NCBI GenBank assembly: GCA_000146465.1
Contig: CP001952.1
Length of the DNA: 64,000 nucleotides
Reading direction: 5' to 3' (one strand)
Within the stretch, counting starts at the first letter, position 1; the number at the start of each line of letters is the position of its first letter. Shown here piece after piece: positions 59,523 to 64,000 of this stretch. The translations under genes were made by a program, and so were the position numbers. The notes under the pieces are model-generated. The model searched no databases. It saw only the letters and a list, made by a program, of their open reading frames with translations, and was not told the DNA's origin.

Positions 59523-60134
59523 ATGAGAGCTCTCAAATGTACATGTATTCTTTCGATCAAGACTATTTTGTGCATACGAGGGGGCTTTGCGCTTTTTGAG
59601 TTTGAGGATCCGCCTGAGGACAATCTAGAGAGATTTAATGGTATGACCAGCATGAAGATTTTAGAATTTATAAAAGAACAGATGGAAGATATAGAGCAAG
59701 CTGTTGATGATATCATAAATAAAAGTGAGGAAAGGAATGAAGAGGAGGAAGACGAAGATGAAGAGGTAGATGAAATGATGGAAGACGAAGATGGTTTTGA
59801 AAGCTCAAAACAAAAATCCATACTTTGTGAAAATTGTTCATGGGCTACACAAACCCTAGAACCTTGCGATATTTGTAAAGAGAAAAGAACACTAAAAGAA
59901 CTTGCATACGGACTAGTTTGTATAGGTGAAACTTTAGTAAGCGGGGAAGTTCAAGTGTGGGAAGTCAATGAAAAAATTCAATTTTTGATAGAGTCAATTC
60001 TTGTAAAAGCCATTGAAGAAGAAAAACAAGAAGATACCGTGTCTATAATGAACATAAGAACTTCACAAGCAGCGGTAGTTCAAGCCATAGTTTTTCTTGA
60101 GTCATTAGTTGGGTCTCTTGATATTTACAGTTAA
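59523..60134 (+). CDS. Hypothetical acidic protein (203 aa)
   Basis: An E/D-rich stretch (EERNEEEEDEDEEVDEMMEDEDG) and a CENCSW...CDIC pair. No recognisable domain. Confidence 0.35.
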   Translation: MRALKCTCILSIKTILCIRGGFALFEFEDPPEDNLERFNGMTSMKILEFIKEQMEDIEQAVDDIINKSEERNEEEEDEDEEVDEMMEDEDGFESSKQKSILCENCSWATQTLEPCDICKEKRTLKELAYGLVCIGETLVSGEVQVWEVNEKIQFLIESILVKAIEEEKQEDTVSIMNIRTSQAAVVQAIVFLESLVGSLDIYS

Positions 60135-60169
60135 AATTAAAGGGATACATACTATGTGTAAGTAGATGT

Positions 60170-60775
60170 ATGTATCCTCCAAACTACCCCTTTCCGAATC
60201 GAACGATGAAAACAAAAATCAAATCTCTTGTAATAGAAAATCTTAAATACAAAGTGTCTAAAGACCAGGTAATAAAAATCCTCAAGAGTGAAAACATATC
60301 TTTAAAAGCATATAATAGCTTCCTTTTCAAGATATTGTTAGAACTTAGGAATCAGTTCGAAGTTATTGGACCTACAAAAAAGTTCAACGTTGGTACTTTC
60401 TTGGATAAAGAATTCCTTCAGGGAGACTTATTGTTAGAAAATAGAAGGAAAAGGGAAGAAGCTCAAAGAAACGACACTTTGTTCGAGAAAGAAAATATCC
60501 CAACAAAATATTATGCCAATACAATGCATCTGTCATATAGATTACTCGGTAAAATGATAACAAAAGACGAGGTTCTAGAACGGTTTAAAGAATGTTCTAC
60601 CATATTGGGGTTGAACAGAGATATTGGAGAAAAATGCGCAGAGCACTTAGAGGAAGGGCTGCAGACGTACATTCTAAGAACCGTGAGTAAGTGCAATGGA
60701 AGAACGACCGTCCCAAATCTTAAAACCAGTTTGGAAAAATATCTACGTTTATTTAACGGATTAGATATGTTTTAG
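60170..60775 (+). CDS. Hypothetical protein (201 aa)
   Basis: Intact ORF. Its 3' end overlaps the convergent exosome-subunit gene by about 23 nt. Confidence 0.35.
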   Translation: MYPPNYPFPNRTMKTKIKSLVIENLKYKVSKDQVIKILKSENISLKAYNSFLFKILLELRNQFEVIGPTKKFNVGTFLDKEFLQGDLLLENRRKREEAQRNDTLFEKENIPTKYYANTMHLSYRLLGKMITKDEVLERFKECSTILGLNRDIGEKCAEHLEEGLQTYILRTVSKCNGRTTVPNLKTSLEKYLRLFNGLDMF

Positions 60776-61451
60776 ATATAATCTCCTGTATAATACTTGA
60801 AAGTGTTTTTTCTTCAAAATTACAAATTCCTTCGCAAAAACAGCCCATCAATATACCTTCATTGTTACTAAATATATGTATTAGTCCACAAGACGCTTCT
60901 TCCTCAATTCTTGTTGGATCCATCACAAAATGGCCATTGTCAAACAAAGCAACTGTTTTCGAGGTTGGGATGCTTATTTTTTGTTTTTCCGTTTCTTTCA
61001 GATTACCTACTATAGGAATATCAAGATTTTCGAGCAAAGCACCAAGACTGATAAAAAATAAATCAAAAATGTTTCCATCATTACTTAGTATGCTGAACTC
61101 TATTCTTATGCCTATTTTATATGGAGCTAGCAAATCCAAAATTATAGAGGAAATGGTATTTGGAATTGCAATTTTAGAAAATTCTATAGACTCAGCAGAG
61201 AATTCGTTTCCATCAAAGTTTTCTTTGAGTATCCCGGAAGCTTCCAGGGTTTCGGCAGTCTCCTTGAACTGTACAGATACTTCTATCTCAGATAGCCCAC
61301 GTCTAATCTTGATGCTTCCATCACTTTGTGCTATGTCTGTATGGACTACGTTTGTCCTTCTTGCTTCTCCATTCTTCCTCAGATCCGCCCGGAGTCCGTT
61401 TGCTATCCCATTTCTCACAAGCGCCAGCTCGTCCAGCCCAAAGGCTTCCAT
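60753..61451 (-). CDS. Exosome complex RNase PH-like subunit (Rrp41/42/45 family)
   Basis: 232 aa. The N-terminal LVRNGIANGLRADLRKNGEARRTNVVHTDIAQSDGSIKIRRGLSEIEVSVQ resembles the RNase PH domain-1 opening of exosome ring subunits. Length fits. Confidence 0.45.
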   Translation of the reverse strand: MEAFGLDELALVRNGIANGLRADLRKNGEARRTNVVHTDIAQSDGSIKIRRGLSEIEVSVQFKETAETLEASGILKENFDGNEFSAESIEFSKIAIPNTISSIILDLLAPYKIGIRIEFSILSNDGNIFDLFFISLGALLENLDIPIVGNLKETEKQKISIPTSKTVALFDNGHFVMDPTRIEEEASCGLIHIFSNNEGILMGCFCEGICNFEEKTLSSIIQEIISKTYLIR

Positions 61452-61868
61452 GGGCTTTCTTGCCAGGGCTTATTTCTTCCCAGACTCCCTCCTACAATCT
61501 AGCTTCTCTTGATTTTCGACTCTGTCTTTGCAAACGACTTGTCTATTCTCTTCCCAACCATCCCTCTGCTCTTGCTCTTCCTTCCACTAATCATCCGAGG
61601 AAGTGTTTTTATAACTGTAATGGCAATCACAAAAACCAGAAGGACAATGGAGAATGTGTGGAGAACTGCAATTACACTACTTCCTTCAACCCCGGGGAAA
61701 AAAGCCATTTTGAAAGGAAGTGTTTTGGATGTATTTAATAGTTTTTGATGTGTCTGGCAGAGGCCTATTGGTCACTTCTGTGCATGGGCGACCACTCATC
61801 CCGCAGAGGTGCCTTCATCCGCCGCCAGGTTGTCTGGGATGTAATCCCTTGGTGCAGAAGCCCTGGAA

Positions 61869-62669
61869 ATGGGACACCTGTGGAAGACAGCCTTGGACTG
61901 GGCAGGGGTGCTTGGACAGAATCTCAGGAAGGAGTTTGATGGCAACGCCAGGCTCAAGGATGCATGCTCGCGGATTGCAAGGGAGTGGAGCGAGTGGAGA
62001 GAAGGGGTGGAGAAGACCGGTGTGTTCTGGCTCGGACAGAGGGCTGGGGAGATATCGGGGAGAGTAATGAGGCTTTCGGATGCCTCGATGGGACTTGCAC
62101 TGGAGGCAGCAGGGATTGGGAGAGTGTGGCGGGGACAGAGGGAGTTCCAGAAGAGACTGAACAGGATGTTCAGGATTCCGCAGTACTACGGAGGGATCCG
62201 GAAGAGTGAGGGGGAAAGCGGCAGAGACAGGAGGGCCGGGGGACTGGTCCAGTTCAGGCCCAGCCTCATGGGAATGGGATGGAGAGTTTACTCTTGGATC
62301 AGGCGGGGATTTGGAGTGGGGTGGAATGACCTGGACATAGAAGAGATCGAGAATGAGCAGCTGAGCAGGATATTTGAAGGGATGGAAGGACAGGGGGAGT
62401 CTGGGCCATGGACGGAGGAGGGGGCGGCAGACATTCACAGCCTGTGGAAGGAGATAGGGGGTTCTGGGATGTCTGTTGTAGACATCAGGAATGTCTCGAC
62501 GGTGGGGAGTATTGGGAGACGGAGGCTTGAGTCTGGATTTGAAGTGGAGATTGCAGGACAGAAGGGGGGGAAATGGACCAGACATGTGTTTGTGATGCAG
62601 GCGGTGTTTGAGCGCGGGGCAGACGGGAGATGGAGTCTCGGCAGACTCAGATGGACAAGGGTAGGATAG
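61869..62669 (+). CDS. ORF of uncertain coding status in the GC-rich, purine-skewed segment. The predicted protein is G/R/E/W-rich and low in complexity.
   Basis: 266 codons. It is divergent from the exosome gene and convergent with eL35 at a 22-nt spacing, which fits the local packing. However, the antisense strand also carries a 256-codon P-rich ORF (61815-62585), so the open frame may be compositional. Confidence 0.25.
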   Translation: MGHLWKTALDWAGVLGQNLRKEFDGNARLKDACSRIAREWSEWREGVEKTGVFWLGQRAGEISGRVMRLSDASMGLALEAAGIGRVWRGQREFQKRLNRMFRIPQYYGGIRKSEGESGRDRRAGGLVQFRPSLMGMGWRVYSWIRRGFGVGWNDLDIEEIENEQLSRIFEGMEGQGESGPWTEEGAADIHSLWKEIGGSGMSVVDIRNVSTVGSIGRRRLESGFEVEIAGQKGGKWTRHVFVMQAVFERGADGRWSLGRLRWTRVG

Positions 62670-62690
62670 GACAAGATGGAAGAATGCAGT

Positions 62691-63059
62691 TTATTCATTA
62701 TAGGCAAATATGACTTTCGGGAATTTACGCTCTTTGGCTCTCTGTCTTGCTGTTTTCCTCCTGAGCTGGTGCTTTGTGAGGGCCTGTCTCTTTGCCCTGT
62801 TGAGCCTGGGCCTGAGGATGTTTGGGAGCTTGTGGACAGGAATCCCCTTGTACTCGTCGACCAGCTTCTCAAGAATCTTCTCGCGGCGGATGGTGAGCAG
62901 ACGAGCCAGATTCTTCCTGGTTGTCTTGATGTCGTCCTCTCCGACATCTCCACTGTTCTTCTTCTGGCGGAGGGCTGCCAGGTCGGCCTTGATCTCCCTG
63001 GCCTTCTCCTCGAGCTGCTCAACACTCAGCTGCCTGAGCTCGGATGCCTCGATCTTCAT
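62691..63059 (-). CDS. RPL35: 60S ribosomal protein eL35 (uL29 family)
   Basis: MKIEASELRQLSVEQLEEKAREIKADLAALRQKK...IKTTRKNLARLLTIRREKILEKL...KYKGIPVHKLPNILRPRLNRAKRQALTKHQLRRKTARQRAKERKFPK is collinear with eL35 (MAKIKAxELRxKSKEELLKQLxDLKxEL..LRVAK...IRVVRKSIARVLTV..). The start is set at the internal MKIEAS Met, which is preceded by GCCCTA. Confidence 0.8.
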   Translation of the reverse strand: MKIEASELRQLSVEQLEEKAREIKADLAALRQKKNSGDVGEDDIKTTRKNLARLLTIRREKILEKLVDEYKGIPVHKLPNILRPRLNRAKRQALTKHQLRRKTARQRAKERKFPKVIFAYNE

Positions 63060-63142
63060 TAGGGCTTCTGGAATGCAAAGATTTGAAGCAAAATCTGCAG
63101 GGGACAAAAACGGACAGGGAGGGCGGCAAGGAACAGGCGTGG

Positions 63143-63355
63143 TCAGAGGGTCGGGGACATGGCGACAAAGAGAATGTTCTCGCCCCTCAGAAACAGGACG
63201 CGGCCTGCAGAGTTCTGGACATCGTGGCTTTGCAGCATCAGGTTGATGTGCTCGTCAAACCCCTCCAGAGTGCCTGTATAGACATCGCCGGTCTTTGTTT
63301 TTATCTCGACCCTCTCGTTTAAGTACATCTTGAGAAAGCAGAACGGATCCAGCAT
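63143..63355 (-). CDS. Sm/LSm-fold protein
   Basis: MLDPFCFLKMYLNERVEIKTKTGDVYTGTLEGFDEHINLMLQSHDVQNSAGRVLFLRGENILFV carries the Sm1 and Sm2 motifs: V.IKTKTG..Y.G.L..FD.HMNLVL in Sm1 and RGENI in Sm2. The 273-codon ORF in the track extends upstream as read-through. The start is set at MLDP, preceded by GCCCTGCACTTCTG. Confidence 0.65.
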   Translation of the reverse strand: MLDPFCFLKMYLNERVEIKTKTGDVYTGTLEGFDEHINLMLQSHDVQNSAGRVLFLRGENILFVAMSPTL

Positions 63356-63448
63356 CAGAAGTGCAGGGCACGGTAAAATTTTCTTATGGACGGCAGAGCA
63401 CACGGGCGGAGCAGAGGCAGGATTTATGGCCGGGGCAGGCAGCCCTTG

Positions 63449-63943
63449 ATGAGATATTTGGAGATGAGCTGCATATCGAAAACAAACAAACTGTTCCAGA
63501 AGCTCCAGGACATCAATCCGCAGCTCAACATCGAGGTGGAGGCATACTCCTGCAAGTCGAGCAGGAAGCAGAGGGGACAGAGGGATGTGGAGAAGCCTCT
63601 CCGGTACCTGCAGTCTGCGCTGGGGCTGCGGTTTCCAGACTACGACTTCCATGGGGAGCCGTGGAGGTCGTTTGAAAGGAAGACGCTGGAGGAGGTGCTT
63701 CGGGAGGTGGCATATTCGATCAGCACAACACACAAGAACAGCGAGGATGTAAAGGAGTTTGTGGGGTTTCTGGAGATGATTCTGGACAGGTCGATCAACA
63801 CGGGGTCGTGCTTGATATTTTCGTACAAGAACCGGATGGGGCCTTTTGAGGACTGCTTCTGGTACTTTTCGTTCCTGCTGTTTAGCAAGAGGCAGAAGAG
63901 AGTGGTGATGCTCAATGCATTTATGAGCAGAAGCGATGTGTAA
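63449..63943 (+). CDS. MAF1: Maf1, RNA polymerase III repressor
   Basis: MRYLEM...IEVEAYSCKSSRK (Maf1 box A, ..RIEAYSCK..), then PDYDFHGEPWRSF (box B, SDYDFS), then the C-terminal GPFEDCFWYFSFLLFSKRQKRVVMLNAF (box C, LWSFNYFFYNKKLKRIV). The start is set at the Met preceded by GCCCTTG. Confidence 0.8.
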   Translation: MRYLEMSCISKTNKLFQKLQDINPQLNIEVEAYSCKSSRKQRGQRDVEKPLRYLQSALGLRFPDYDFHGEPWRSFERKTLEEVLREVAYSISTTHKNSEDVKEFVGFLEMILDRSINTGSCLIFSYKNRMGPFEDCFWYFSFLLFSKRQKRVVMLNAFMSRSDV

Positions 63944-64000
63944 ATACCTGCGGGAGCAGGACATTAAAGTTCTTAATTGAGATTGAGTGTTGTGTGGTTT

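Larger units (their letters stand above)
61740..63960. other. GC-rich compositional island, about 55-60% GC against about 36-38% in the preceding 61.7 kb
   Basis: By hand count, sampled 60-nt windows give about 38% GC at 59.1 kb and 52-60% between 61.74 and 63.6 kb. The genes inside (eL35, LSm, Maf1) use GC3-rich codons, whereas eS19 at 8 kb is AT3-rich. The last ~50 nt of the window drop back toward AT-rich. Confidence 0.8.

Noticed and set aside
62691-63107. Full 138-codon ORF as eL35 with an N-terminal extension MSPADFASNLCIPEAL.
   Set aside because: The eL35 homology begins exactly at the internal Met (MKIEASELRQ..., compare MAKIKAxELR). That Met is preceded by GCCCTA, and the extension has no counterpart in eL35.
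61740-63960. GC-rich 3' end as host or bacterial contamination, or a chimeric join.
   Set aside because: The proteins encoded there (eL35, LSm, Maf1) are as divergent and truncated as the rest of the window. Each start codon carries the same upstream C-rich motif used throughout the AT-rich part. Composition also begins to fall back toward AT-rich at the very end. A misassembly cannot be excluded formally without reads.
63143-63964. The 273-codon minus-strand ORF from the track taken as a single large protein.
   Set aside because: Only the C-terminal 70 residues form a coherent Sm fold. The upstream part is H/P/R/L-rich read-through in GC-rich DNA and overlaps the Maf1 gene on the other strand. 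An internal Met with the upstream CCC motif gives a normal-sized LSm protein.
1-64000. Prokaryotic interpretation: operons, defence systems, CRISPR arrays, terminators.
   Set aside because: Every confidently identified protein is eukaryote-specific machinery. These include importin-alpha, an FG nucleoporin, Spt5 with CTR repeats, TAF5, a septin, a kinesin, Derlin, STE12, a SUN domain protein and SMC5. The genes are monocistronic on alternating strands. No short direct-repeat and spacer arrays are present.

Overview
This window is a eukaryotic nuclear locus from a compact, AT-rich (about 36-38% GC), highly divergent genome of microsporidian or early-diverging-fungal type. It is not prokaryotic. 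Gene density is about one gene per 1.1 kb on both strands, with tiny intergenic spacers and no obvious introns. Proteins are short, fast-evolving versions of core eukaryotic machinery: ABCE1/Rli1, importin-alpha, an FG nucleoporin, Spt5 with TPGYK C-terminal repeats, TAF5, SMC5, a septin, a kinesin, Derlin, a Pumilio protein, Nfs1, UAP1, farnesyl-diphosphate synthase, Imp4/Brix, eS19, eL35(uL29), Maf1, an LSm protein and a fungal-type STE12-like factor. I support about 58 coding genes by motif-level reading of the ORF track. I found no rRNA, tRNA, CRISPR array, transposon or prokaryotic defence system. The most unusual structural feature is a sharp compositional discontinuity at about 61.7 kb. 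The last ~2.2 kb is a GC-rich island (about 55-60% GC, GC3-rich codons) that still carries the genome's characteristic C-rich motif upstream of start codons. It holds eL35, LSm, Maf1 and a purine-skewed ORF of unknown status. Other points worth a second look are a RING-less NOT4 homologue, a tetraspanin-like CCG-motif protein, tandem MFS transporter paralogues, an 858-bp gene-free interval, a cluster of small lineage-specific membrane or secreted ORFs, and a conserved CCC(C) motif (sometimes preceded by AAATTT) immediately 5' of start codons. All functional calls come from reading conserved motifs by eye. No database searches were run.
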